A stretch of 64,000 nucleotides of DNA. Source: Patescibacteria group bacterium (GTDB lineage Bacteria; Patescibacteriota; Patescibacteriia; JAXHNJ01). Below the pieces are notes generated by a model, which was not told where the DNA came from, ran no database searches, and saw nothing but the letters and a program-made list of their open reading frames with translations. Shown here one piece after another: positions 10,502 to 20,008 of the stretch (positions within the stretch are counted from its first letter, which is position 1; every line of letters begins with the position of its first letter). A program made the translations under genes and the position numbers. The stretch spans positions 515,153 to 579,152 of the forward strand of contig JBAZMP010000001.1 in assembly GCA_041649715.1 (NCBI GenBank), written 5' to 3'.

Positions 10502-10830
10502 CAGTCACTCCCTTCTTTGTCCATCTTTTTGAAATAAGCCGAGGCGTATTTCGCCGGTTTTCCATCCTTGTTTCTAAGCAGCTTCCCGCCCATCGTTTCA
10601 ATGCTGATCCACTGGGACGGCAAAGCGCCGCGGCCTCGGTCATTGACCAGCTGCTGGCGGAGATCCTTGCTTTTATCCTGGGAATGGCTTCCACGGGAAA
10701 AGTGCCTATCATTGCTTTCAACAGCCAGCACGATAAAAGGTCCTTGTCCGTCTTCATGGGCGATAGTAACGCTGGGATCCGCCCAATCAACTTTCTCGCC
10801 GACCTTGAATACCGGGCCGATAAGAGTCAT
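10501..10830 (-). CDS. Hypothetical protein
   Basis: GGAGG RBS; TTGACA-17-TAACAT promoter at about 10890-10918. Confidence 0.6.
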   Translation of the reverse strand: MTLIGPVFKVGEKVDWADPSVTIAHEDGQGPFIVLAVESNDRHFSRGSHSQDKSKDLRQQLVNDRGRGALPSQWISIETMGGKLLRNKDGKPAKYASAYFKKMDKEGSD

Positions 10831-10980
10831 TGTTTACCCTCCCTGATTGTGATTTTAAAGAATCAGAATTGTTGCATGTTTAGCTAAAAATGTTAGCAAA
10901 TATATTTAAGATTGTCAAGGTTGAATTTTGGTTAAAAAAAGGAGCCTGGGCGGCTCCTTGCTTTTAGTTTGGCAGAAGGT

Positions 10981-11310
10981 TTAAACATCCTCTTCCCGGC
11001 AATAGGGATTCCGAGGTATATGTCTGCGGCCGGATACCGGACTTCTTGGGCTCATTCTCGGTTGTTCGAGATCACGCACCGATTCGCCGGCCTTCGGCAC
11101 GGGAATGTCAAAAGCCGACTTTTTGGCGTCGCGCCAGCAGTGCGTGCAGAAATAGTTATTGGGGATTGTCACCTTCCCGTGGCAGCGGACGCAGATGCCG
11201 ATGCAGTCGGCACAGACCTTGATATGCTTCCACTTGGGATGGATCCTGGCCCCAAGCGCTGGCTTCATCTGCTTGCAGACCGAACACTTGATCATAGATT
11301 CTTCTGGCAT
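10981..11310 (-). CDS. Small Cys-rich protein (four CxxC)
   Basis: CSVC, CADC, CVRC, CTHC; RBS, promoter and terminator present. Confidence 0.65.
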   Translation of the reverse strand: MPEESMIKCSVCKQMKPALGARIHPKWKHIKVCADCIGICVRCHGKVTIPNNYFCTHCWRDAKKSAFDIPVPKAGESVRDLEQPRMSPRSPVSGRRHIPRNPYCREEDV

Positions 11311-11494
11311 TTACTCCCTCCTCGTTGACTGTTAATCAGGCTGAAATGTGCAAATCTGATTAACTTACACCCATTTTTTATTTTTGTCAAGATCTAATTG
11401 CAAACACGACTATCCTCTATCTTTAGCTAGATAAAAGCGAGCCCCGGGGAAAATCCCAACCAGGGCTCAAGCTTGGTGAACGTATGTTCCGGCA

Positions 11495-11698
11495 CTACTT
11501 TTTTTCCGGAACCGGATCGTGGGCATGGGCTTTGGCGAACGCGATCATGGCATCCGAATTGCTCTGCTCTTTCAGCCAGAAAGCATGTTCCTCGTCTGTC
11601 GTGTCGCGCATCATCTCATCGCGCGTCTGCCCTCTTTCTTGGGCTGTGTGGTCGCAATAGTAGCGGCCACAGACCGGACATAAACTGGGCATTTCCAT
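11495..11698 (-). CDS. Small hypothetical protein (CPVC..CDH)
   Basis: AGGAGG RBS, promoter and terminator. Confidence 0.55.
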   Translation of the reverse strand: MEMPSLCPVCGRYYCDHTAQERGQTRDEMMRDTTDEEHAFWLKEQSNSDAMIAFAKAHAHDPVPEKK

Positions 11699-11855
11699 CC
11701 TCCTGTGTAGGCGCCTTTTTGACAGATTTATTAGCTGATTTATAAGGATACATTAATTTAGCATGACCTGATAAAATAGTCAAGATATTTAGGGCCTAAG
11801 AAAAAGCCGTCGGCAAGGCCAACGGCTTTCAAAACTCCTTTCGGAAGTCTTGGTG

Positions 11856-12284
11856 CTAGGCGAGGTTACGGCGAAGGCCGTAATACTTGTTGGAGATATC
11901 CCGACGGATGATCTCCCAGGCCTCGCGAAAGAGCTGGCGGAGATGACGCATGGGCGAAGGACACATCTCTTTTTCGTAGCAGATCTCCGGCCAGATCAGA
12001 CCTCCCATAATCTTGAGGAACAGCTTCTTGGCATCGCGGATATCCACGAACTTGACCATCGCGAAATACATATCCCTTTGTCCGGACCACTGAATTTTCA
12101 GTGAGGCTTCGGCCGTCTTGTAACGGTATAAGCCCTGTTCTCGATGAGCGGTTACAGGAAAATGGACATAGGCCGTGCCGTAGTCATACCGCTGGCCATC
12201 CAGCACGGTCGGATCGGCGACTTCGAGCTCGCCCCCCACAGACATGAATTGCTCGGTCTCTCCATTGCGCCATAGATAGAACAT
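11856..12284 (-). CDS. Hypothetical protein
   Basis: AAGGAG RBS before MFYLWR; TTGACA-17-TAGTAT promoter; terminator at about 11800-11830. Confidence 0.6.
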   Translation of the reverse strand: MFYLWRNGETEQFMSVGGELEVADPTVLDGQRYDYGTAYVHFPVTAHREQGLYRYKTAEASLKIQWSGQRDMYFAMVKFVDIRDAKKLFLKIMGGLIWPEICYEKEMCPSPMRHLRQLFREAWEIIRRDISNKYYGLRRNLA

Positions 12285-12455
12285 GGCTGACTCCTTTCTT
12301 CTTTCCGTCTCCGGTTTTTCCAAAGATCGGTGAGTGGAGGCCAATGTCAGTCGGGTATTTCCCGAATGACCAATCATACTAGCACACTTTCTGATTTCTG
12401 TCAAGACCTAATTCCTAACACTGCTATCCCCTACTTTTCCGTTTTTAAGGCAATA

Positions 12456-12660
12456 AAAAAACGAGCCCGCACCGAAGTGGGGCTCTTGTAGGAGGGGATA
12501 TGCAAGAGATATGCGAAGGAACGATATTGAAGCGTGTACGCTTCGTGAGGTGGAGATGACGTTCGTAGACACTCCACTTGGACGCACCGAGCAGAATTGC
12601 TCAATTAGCGTCCTCGACGCGTTGACTAGGGGCTTGTACTGATTCTGCGCTACCTTTATT
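12456..12660 (-). ncRNA. Candidate ORF-less small RNA of about 200 nt
   Basis: TTGACA-17-TAAGGT promoter at 12663-12691, three hairpins, intrinsic terminator at 12456-12486, no ORF in the track. Confidence 0.55.
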
Positions 12661-12777
12661 AAACCTTATCATACCTCGTCTATATTGTCAAGACCTAATT
12701 CAACGCTACTAAATAAATACAGATAAAAAGAAAAAGGACTCGCTAAGAGTCCTTTTATCACGAAATCAGAAAGTACA

Positions 12778-13146
12778 CTAGAGTCGGCGCAAATTGCCTC
12801 CGCCGGATTGAAAACTCAAGACCGCTTCCCTGATCGCCTGTACACGTCTATCTGACCAGCCTTCTTTAGAAACATTTCGGCAGATCTCGTCTGCGTCTAA
12901 AAGGCCGGGATTGGCCAGGCAGCTTTCGCAGAGAGAGAAACTGGCCTGACGGACAGGCTCCCCATTCTGGGGCTTATAAAGAATCAGGCCGGCTTCTTTG
13001 CCCCACCAAGTGTCTCGGCAGCCCGGACATTTTGTCCAGCCGTTTAGCGTTCCCGTCAGGTTACGAAGCCAGCGTAAACCGCCCGCCACGACGTACAAAA
13101 CGAAAAGACCGTAACAAAGTATCATTATTCCGAGCACTCTGTTCAT
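12778..13146 (-). CDS. Membrane-anchored hypothetical protein with two CxxC
   Basis: N-terminal TM; CPGC and CESC; RBS, promoter and terminator. Confidence 0.65.
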   Translation of the reverse strand: MNRVLGIMILCYGLFVLYVVAGGLRWLRNLTGTLNGWTKCPGCRDTWWGKEAGLILYKPQNGEPVRQASFSLCESCLANPGLLDADEICRNVSKEGWSDRRVQAIREAVLSFQSGGGNLRRL

Positions 13147-13234
13147 CTCTACCTCCTCGTTGTTAATCCCCTTTTAAGAAAAGATCAGCCTAAGATATTA
13201 GCATAAGAATATATCTAAGTCAAGGCCCAATAAG

Positions 13235-15019
13235 TCAAATAAACCCACCGGCTTGAAGCTGCCAAAGATTCTTATATATGCCGTTCCGTTTCTTGATCAA
13301 CTGGTTATGAGCCCCCTCTTCCGTGATCCTGCCTCCATCTATCACAATGATACGATCCATTTTTTTAATGGTGGAAAGACGGTGGGCGATGGCCAAGACT
13401 GTTTTATTTTTCATCAGTTCATCTAATGCGTCCTGAATCAGCCGTTCTGATTCGGAATCTAAGGAAGAGGTCGCTTCATCCAATACCAAGATCGGCGCGT
13501 TATAAAGAATGGCCCGGGCAATCGCCACCCGCTGGCGTTCGCCGCTGGAAAGTTTGATCCCCCGCTCACCGACATGCGTCTCATACCCTTCAGCCAAATT
13601 AACGATAAATTCATGGCAGTGGGCAACTTTTGCCGCCCTGATCACCTCATTATCCGTTGCCTCGGGCCGGCCGTAACGGATGTTATCCCTAAGGCTCCGA
13701 TGGAACAATATCGGATCCTGGGGGACCAGACTGATTTGCCGGCGCAGACTTTTCTGGGTGACACGGCTTATGTTTTGGCCGTCGATGATGACGCGGCCGG
13801 CCGTCACTTCATGCAAACGCAGCAAGATTTTTATCAAAGTGGTTTTTCCGGCGCCGGAAGGACCGACCACGCCCAGTCTCTCGCAAGGTTTTACCGCCAA
13901 GTTAAATTTTTTCAGAACGGCGCGGGTCTTCTGGTAGTTAAAGTCTACCCGGTCAAAATTTATGATACCCTCTGACACCACTAGGTCTTTTGCCCCCGGC
14001 GCGTCCGTTATTTCAAGAGGCATCTCCAAAATGACCGTCATCTCTTCGGCATCAGCCAAACTTTCATAAATGTGACGGATCACTTTGCCAAAATCCCAGA
14101 TACGAGAAAAAATATTGATAAGGTAAGTTTGGATTAGAACAAAATCCCCGATAGTTATTATCTCCTTCTTCCACAAAAATATAGAAAGAAATAAAATTCC
14201 TATCTCCAGGCCGCTCATTAAGAATCCCTGAACCGCTTCAAAGATATTGCTGTAGTCCCAGGTCAGCTTGCGCAAAACTCGCAAGCGTTCATTAACCCGG
14301 CCAAACCCCTTGATTTCACGTTCGTAGCCGTCAAAAAGCTTGATCGTACTCTGGTTAGTGATCGTGTCGGCGATTACCGCCGTGGTCTTAGTTTCCGCCT
14401 CGCTGCGCCGGAGGTCATATTTTAGTTTAAATCGGATAAAAACGCCGTTTATTACCAGAAAAACCACAAGCCAAACCAATACACCGCCGCCTAAAAATAT
14501 ATTTCGCCGGAAAAGGATCGCGATAATAATACCGATATTTATTACCAGGGGGCCCAAATCCCAAAACAAACGGTCCGTGATAACTTCAAAAGAACGGGCG
14601 AACCATTTAACTTTTTTTACTAACGAGCCGACAAAGTTTTCGGTAAAAAAACCGAGAGAGTGTTTTTGCAAATAGGCAAAACAATACTCGGTAAGATCCG
14701 CCATGACCTTGGACTGAAAGTTACTGGCCGAAAATGTGGTTAATCGATAAAAAATCCATTGGGCGAGGCGCAAAAAAGTGATTATCACCACCACTGAAAT
14801 CAAACTGCTGACTACCGCTGAAATCAATTGTCCGCTGGTCAGCAGATCAACGAATTTTTTCAAATACAGGGGCACAATCACGTTCATTACCGCCGCTCCG
14901 ATAACGCCTACGAGGGTCAAGATGAGGGTTTTTTTGTAATGTAAACTCGCCCGCCAGTAATACGCTAATGTTTTTTTGATGTTTGATCTCATAAAATTAT
15001 TAATATCGGGATGTGGCAT
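13235..15019 (-). CDS. ABC exporter, fused permease/ATPase (MsbA/Atm1-like)
   Basis: 6-TM domain plus GPSGAGKT, LSSGERQR, LDEATSSLD, IAHRLST. Confidence 0.92.
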   Translation of the reverse strand: MPHPDINNFMRSNIKKTLAYYWRASLHYKKTLILTLVGVIGAAVMNVIVPLYLKKFVDLLTSGQLISAVVSSLISVVVIITFLRLAQWIFYRLTTFSASNFQSKVMADLTEYCFAYLQKHSLGFFTENFVGSLVKKVKWFARSFEVITDRLFWDLGPLVINIGIIIAILFRRNIFLGGGVLVWLVVFLVINGVFIRFKLKYDLRRSEAETKTTAVIADTITNQSTIKLFDGYEREIKGFGRVNERLRVLRKLTWDYSNIFEAVQGFLMSGLEIGILFLSIFLWKKEIITIGDFVLIQTYLINIFSRIWDFGKVIRHIYESLADAEEMTVILEMPLEITDAPGAKDLVVSEGIINFDRVDFNYQKTRAVLKKFNLAVKPCERLGVVGPSGAGKTTLIKILLRLHEVTAGRVIIDGQNISRVTQKSLRRQISLVPQDPILFHRSLRDNIRYGRPEATDNEVIRAAKVAHCHEFIVNLAEGYETHVGERGIKLSSGERQRVAIARAILYNAPILVLDEATSSLDSESERLIQDALDELMKNKTVLAIAHRLSTIKKMDRIIVIDGGRITEEGAHNQLIKKRNGIYKNLWQLQAGGFI

Positions 15020-15021
15020 TT

Positions 15022-15174
15022 TAAAAATCCCGCGCTCGGCGGGATGATTTCTTTGAAAAAAAGAGTGTTTTTCCCCAAATCACGCCGGTTTGAATCGGTT
15101 TTTTTTGAAATAAATTTGTCTGATTGAATAAATCATCTGCTGATCATTATAACGAAACCGTAAAAATGAGTCAA
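15022..15174 (-). promoter_or_regulatory. Putative attenuator: promoter, leader peptide MIYSIRQIYFKKNRFKPA (15080-15136) and terminator immediately before the ABC exporter
   Basis: TTGACT-17-TATAAT; 18-codon ORF; ATCCCGC-CGAGC-GCGGGAT hairpin with T-run 3 nt before the ATG. Confidence 0.55.
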
Positions 15175-15257
15175 ATTAAAGCATAAAAATGAGAGTTTAA
15201 TCGGCAAAAAAGGAGCCTTGGAGAGGCTCCTTATAAAGAACGGTCATGCGCCGCTTG

Positions 15258-15668
15258 TTACGGCTTAGCCTTGGGGCCGAAGAAACTGTCGAAGTGATCG
15301 GACAGCTGCTGGGCGAGATCACGCAGTTTGTGGCCGGAGCGTTGCATCACCCCGTAGAGACGGCCCTGAAAGGCGCGGAAGAGCGGATTGGTCGGGTTGA
15401 CCTCGAAATCCTCGAGCATCTTGATGGCGAAGACTTCGCCGAATTGACGATAGACCATGTCGACGGCCGCGCCGCAGCACTTCTCCACGTAGGTTCGGTC
15501 AAGCAGCGTGCCGACGCTCAAAGGCTCATCCTTTGTCCCGGTGTGCTTGGTGCCGCAGATCTCGCAGACGACGTTCCCAATCATGCTCTGGTTATTCGGA
15601 TTCCAGCCCAACCCGCTGACGAGCTGGCTAGGACCGACCGGAGCCTCAAAAATCGGCTTTTTGGGCAT
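15258..15668 (-). CDS. Hypothetical protein
   Basis: AAGGAGG RBS before MPKKP; promoter and terminator. Confidence 0.6.
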   Translation of the reverse strand: MPKKPIFEAPVGPSQLVSGLGWNPNNQSMIGNVVCEICGTKHTGTKDEPLSVGTLLDRTYVEKCCGAAVDMVYRQFGEVFAIKMLEDFEVNPTNPLFRAFQGRLYGVMQRSGHKLRDLAQQLSDHFDSFFGPKAKP

Positions 15669-16008
15669 CTTTTCCCTCCTTTGAAGAAACATGATAAAAG
15701 GACGCGAGGAATTTTATTATATACACCTTACTTGGCTTTGGGCAAAATGTCAAGCCAAAAATCCTGGCCATAGATTATATTAATGATCATTTATGGTTAA
15801 AGAAAAAGAGCTCGTTGCCGAAGCTTCGAGCTCTCTCAGATATGTGCGATTGTTCTTTAGAACTGATTATATATTAACATACCCAAAAATCATGTCAAGT
15901 ACTATTTTGGTTATTTTTTTGGCTAATATTCAAGGACTTATCACTAATAACATTAATTATCCCCAACTAAAAAAAGGTTTATAGCAGTTTACCCTTTTAT
16001 CCACATTT

Positions 16009-17409
16009 TTAATATAGATATGTAGCTGGATCGACAGGAATCGGAATACCGCTTTCATTGACTTTGCGGACTTCAAAATGCAGGTGCGCGCCGGTGGAAA
16101 AAACGCCCGCGCCGGCCGTGCCTGGCAGTCCCCCGCTGGCTCCTATTACCTGGCCTTTGGTGACAAAATCCCCTTCCGAGACATTGATACGGCTCAAGTG
16201 GCCGTAGACCGTGGAAAGGGTGTCGTTATGGATAATGCTCACGTAATTGTAAGCGGAACGTTTGCGGCCGCTGGCATCCGTCACCCAGTCCAGTTTTCGC
16301 GCAATGGCGACATAGCCGTCCGCGGCGGCATAGACCGGCGAGCCTTGGGACGTGGAAATATCCATGGCCGGATGGGAGCCCAGCCACCTTTGATAAGGAT
16401 AGCCATCGCAGTGGAAACCGCAGGTAACCACCTGGGAATCAACCGGCCAAACGAATGTGCCGGAAAATTCACCGTAATATGTTTCTCCTTTTTCTGAGGC
16501 CAATTTGGCCCGCATTCTTTTTTCCAAGGAGGACACTTCCGCTTCTACCGCTTGCTGCTGCTTGGTCAATTCCGCAAGCAAGGCCTGATATTCGCTTTCC
16601 GAACTCAAAGTTTGATCTAAAAGTATGTTTTGATAATCAACCTGCTGGCCTAAATCCGTTTTTTGGCGGACTAAAACCTCCTTGGTGTCGTCTAGTTCGG
16701 TCTTTTTACCCGAGAGATCTTCTTCTTTTACTTCCAAATCGTGTTTTAAGACGACGAACTCATCTAAATCCTTTTTAATCTCGCTTTGGATCTCATTTGT
16801 GTATTTGATCTGGCCGAAGAAATCGGAAAAACTGTCGTTCAGCAAGACAATTTCCAGATAGGATTTTTGGCCGTTCTTGTAAATGATTCTTAAGAACTCA
16901 GCGATCCGGCTCTTGCGCTGGTTTATTTCATCCTCTTTTTCCTTTATTTCGCTCTTGGTTTTTTCTATTTCAAGCTGGAGTTGTTCAATTTCCGTCTGTT
17001 TTTTGGTTATTTCAAGATTCGCCAAGCTTATCTGGTTATTCAGCAAATAAATTTCATTATTTAGGCTCGCTTTTTCTTTCTGCTTTTGGCTGATATTTTC
17101 TTGATAAACCCTTGATTGTTGGTTCAATTCATCGATGGCTTTTCTTTTTTCACTGATTTCGCTGGACAGGTTCCCCGTTTCTTCGGGGGCAGAAACAACC
17201 GTACTGTTCGTATTATCATTATTATTTGAGCGGTTCAAATTACTGTTCGCACTACCATTCACTTCCTGGGCGATAAGGGGCAGCGAAGAAATCAAAAAAA
17301 CAGCCAACATTATGAAGACTGTCATGTAGACAGAAATTTGTTTTGAGCGATTGATTATGTTTTTGTTTTTGGCCATTTTTGCTCTAGTTAGGCTTTCTTT
17401 CAACTGCAA
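16009..17409 (-). CDS. M23 peptidase with long coiled coil (EnvC/CwlO-like)
   Basis: Coiled coil followed by HPAMD, YGHL and HLHFE motifs. Confidence 0.9.
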   Translation of the reverse strand: MQLKESLTRAKMAKNKNIINRSKQISVYMTVFIMLAVFLISSLPLIAQEVNGSANSNLNRSNNNDNTNSTVVSAPEETGNLSSEISEKRKAIDELNQQSRVYQENISQKQKEKASLNNEIYLLNNQISLANLEITKKQTEIEQLQLEIEKTKSEIKEKEDEINQRKSRIAEFLRIIYKNGQKSYLEIVLLNDSFSDFFGQIKYTNEIQSEIKKDLDEFVVLKHDLEVKEEDLSGKKTELDDTKEVLVRQKTDLGQQVDYQNILLDQTLSSESEYQALLAELTKQQQAVEAEVSSLEKRMRAKLASEKGETYYGEFSGTFVWPVDSQVVTCGFHCDGYPYQRWLGSHPAMDISTSQGSPVYAAADGYVAIARKLDWVTDASGRKRSAYNYVSIIHNDTLSTVYGHLSRINVSEGDFVTKGQVIGASGGLPGTAGAGVFSTGAHLHFEVRKVNESGIPIPVDPATYLY

Positions 17410-17435
17410 TGCATTATAGCAAAAAATGGCCGGTT

Positions 17436-18872
17436 TTACAAGTTTTCCAGTTTAATAAGCGCTTTTTTGACTTTATCAAGTGATTTTTGCCGGCCAAAAA
17501 TTTCGAGGATATCAAAGACATCCGGCGAAGCACGTTTGCCCGAGAGCGCCACCCGCAGGGGCCAAAGTACTTTCCCCGTCTTCAGATCATTCTCTTGAAT
17601 GTACTTTTCAAAGATTTGGCGCCAATCAGACGCTTTTAATTCAGCCTCCTTGACGTTTTCCAATTGCTTTTGGGCTAGCTTAAGGTTGCCGACTGTTTCG
17701 TTTTTATTGCTTTTTATCGGTATCAAGATTTCCGGCAAATAGTCGATCTCTTCAAAAACAAAATCGCAAAGTGAATTGATTTGTTTTAGAGTATTAATCC
17801 TTTCCTGGGCCATTCGCCAGACCTTTTCCAAGTTTATGTTCTTTTCCGTTGCCCTGGCCTGATATTCCGGTCGAAGATATGGCTGGCCAGCCTTGATCAA
17901 GCGCTCTAAAGACAGATTCCTGATATACAAACCGTTAAGCCAGAGAAGCTTGTCAAGATTAAAAACCGCTCCGGCTTTGTTTATGTTTTCTAAGGAAAAT
18001 TCCTTGATAAGCTCCTCGCGGCTGAAAAATTCCTTTTCTGTTTTGGGATTCCAGCCCAAAAAAGCGAGAAAATTCAGCATCGCTTCCGGTAGATAACCAT
18101 CCTTGATATATTGCAGGACAGAAGTCGCGCCGTGGCGTTTGGAAAGCTTTTTCTTATCATGGCCCAATATCATGGGCAGGTGGGCAAAAGCAGGCGGAGG
18201 AAATCCGAAAGCCTGGTAAAGCAAAATATGCTTGGGCGTCGAGGGCAGCCATTCTTCGGCGCGGATAACATGAGTAATGCCCATTTCATGGTCATCGACC
18301 ACCACGGCCAGGTGATAGGTGGGATAACCGTCAGATTTTAAAAGCACGGAATCATCAAGGTTATTATTTTCAAAAGAGACTATTCCCCGAATTATGTCTT
18401 TAAACTCCGTGACCCCGCTTTCCGGTATGTTCTGACGGATAACATAGGGCATCCCTTCTTTTAAATTTTTGTCAATTTCCCCCTGGTTTAATTTCAAGCA
18501 ACATTTGTCATAGCGCGGGGCCATTTTCTTTTCCGCCTGTTCGATTCTAAGCTTTTCCAGCCTGTCTTTTGAGCAAAAACAATAATAGGCCTTTTTTTCT
18601 CGTACCAGCCTTAAGGCCATTTTTTTATAGATCTCCCGCCTTTTTGACTGATAAATCGGGCCTTCGTCCCAAGCTAAACCCAGCCAGGTCAGCGCCTCCA
18701 TAATGCTTCCCACGCTTTTTTCCTGATATCTTTCCCGGTCGGTATCTTCAATGCGCAGTATAAACTGACCGCCCTCTTTTCGGGCAAACAACCAATTAAA
18801 CAGAGCGGTGCGCAATACCCCGACATGGGGTTCACCGGTGGGTGAGGGAGCGAAACGGACACGGACGCTCAT
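17436..18872 (-). CDS. gltX: Glutamate--tRNA ligase
   Basis: RFAPSPTG, HVG, RIEDTD, KLSKR. Confidence 0.97.
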   Translation of the reverse strand: MSVRVRFAPSPTGEPHVGVLRTALFNWLFARKEGGQFILRIEDTDRERYQEKSVGSIMEALTWLGLAWDEGPIYQSKRREIYKKMALRLVREKKAYYCFCSKDRLEKLRIEQAEKKMAPRYDKCCLKLNQGEIDKNLKEGMPYVIRQNIPESGVTEFKDIIRGIVSFENNNLDDSVLLKSDGYPTYHLAVVVDDHEMGITHVIRAEEWLPSTPKHILLYQAFGFPPPAFAHLPMILGHDKKKLSKRHGATSVLQYIKDGYLPEAMLNFLAFLGWNPKTEKEFFSREELIKEFSLENINKAGAVFNLDKLLWLNGLYIRNLSLERLIKAGQPYLRPEYQARATEKNINLEKVWRMAQERINTLKQINSLCDFVFEEIDYLPEILIPIKSNKNETVGNLKLAQKQLENVKEAELKASDWRQIFEKYIQENDLKTGKVLWPLRVALSGKRASPDVFDILEIFGRQKSLDKVKKALIKLENL

Positions 18873-20008
18873 AATTTTTTTAATAAATTAATAATCTCAA
18901 AGACAACGCCCGTCGCAAAAATAAGGATATAAAAATATTTGGCGGGAGTCGGCATCCAAAAATTATAGGCGGTTTTGCCGAGACATGCTTTTTTGGCCCT
19001 TAGGCAGATCAAAAAAATCACTATCCCTTCGATACCCAGCATAAAAGCGCCGGTCACACCGATAATATTGATAAAGCTTTTCATGCCTAAAAGGTACAAA
19101 GCCAAGGGAATGAAGGTGGCGAAAAACCAGGAAAAATGCTTGGGTATGCCGTAATCATACCAGAATATTTTCTTTAGAACCAAGCCCAGGGTTATAAAAG
19201 AGGTAAAAGTGGCCAAAAAACCGAAGATATAGCTGAAAAGAATGATTTTTTCGCCCAATATACCAACCAAACCGCTGATTGCTTGCGGGGCGGTATTAAC
19301 CCCCGTGATGCCCAAAACAAGGAGAATAAATAGGATATAGAAGATGGCGGAAATAATCACGCCCCAGATCATGATTCCTTTCATTTTTGATTCTTCGCCT
19401 TTTAGCATTTCTTTTAATTCCGGCACGACCGATAAGCCCCAAAGAGAGAAAGTAAGCACGCCGAAAGGCAAAAAGATGTTTTTCGACGGAACCTTCAAAT
19501 TTTCCCAGTTAATGTGGGGAAAGCCAAAAAACATAAAAAGGATGACCAAAAGAAAAAACAAGATCATCATGATAATCTCCACCCGGGCGATCGTACGGGC
19601 GTCTTTAAAAATGAAAAAGGCGCCAAAGGCAAAATATACAAAAGCGTACAAGATCAAGGGGCCGCCCAGCAAAGGCTGAAAAAGACCGGCTAAAAATTCG
19701 CCGCCTATAATCAGATAAGAAAGGAGGGTGCCGATCAAACCCAGGGTGAGGGTGAAAAAAACGACATTTTTGGTTTTTTTGCCCAGGTACATTTCCGCAT
19801 AGCCGGGCAGACGCCTTGCGTCGCCGCTGGCCGTTACCACTTGGCCGTAAAGAAGTCCCGCCGCCAATATCGTGGAGCCGACAACTACAAAGTATATAAG
19901 CATGATCAGAAGACCGCTTTGCGAAGCAACATAAGGCAGGGCGAAAAAACCGGAGCCGATGATCGTACCGGTGAAAGTCGCCAGAGCCGAAATATATTTT
20001 TTGTTCAT
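18869..20008 (-). CDS. Aromatic amino acid permease family protein
   Basis: GTIIGSGFFALP motif, about 11 TM helices. Confidence 0.85.
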   Translation of the reverse strand: MNKKYISALATFTGTIIGSGFFALPYVASQSGLLIMLIYFVVVGSTILAAGLLYGQVVTASGDARRLPGYAEMYLGKKTKNVVFFTLTLGLIGTLLSYLIIGGEFLAGLFQPLLGGPLILYAFVYFAFGAFFIFKDARTIARVEIIMMILFFLLVILFMFFGFPHINWENLKVPSKNIFLPFGVLTFSLWGLSVVPELKEMLKGEESKMKGIMIWGVIISAIFYILFILLVLGITGVNTAPQAISGLVGILGEKIILFSYIFGFLATFTSFITLGLVLKKIFWYDYGIPKHFSWFFATFIPLALYLLGMKSFINIIGVTGAFMLGIEGIVIFLICLRAKKACLGKTAYNFWMPTPAKYFYILIFATGVVFEIINLLKKL

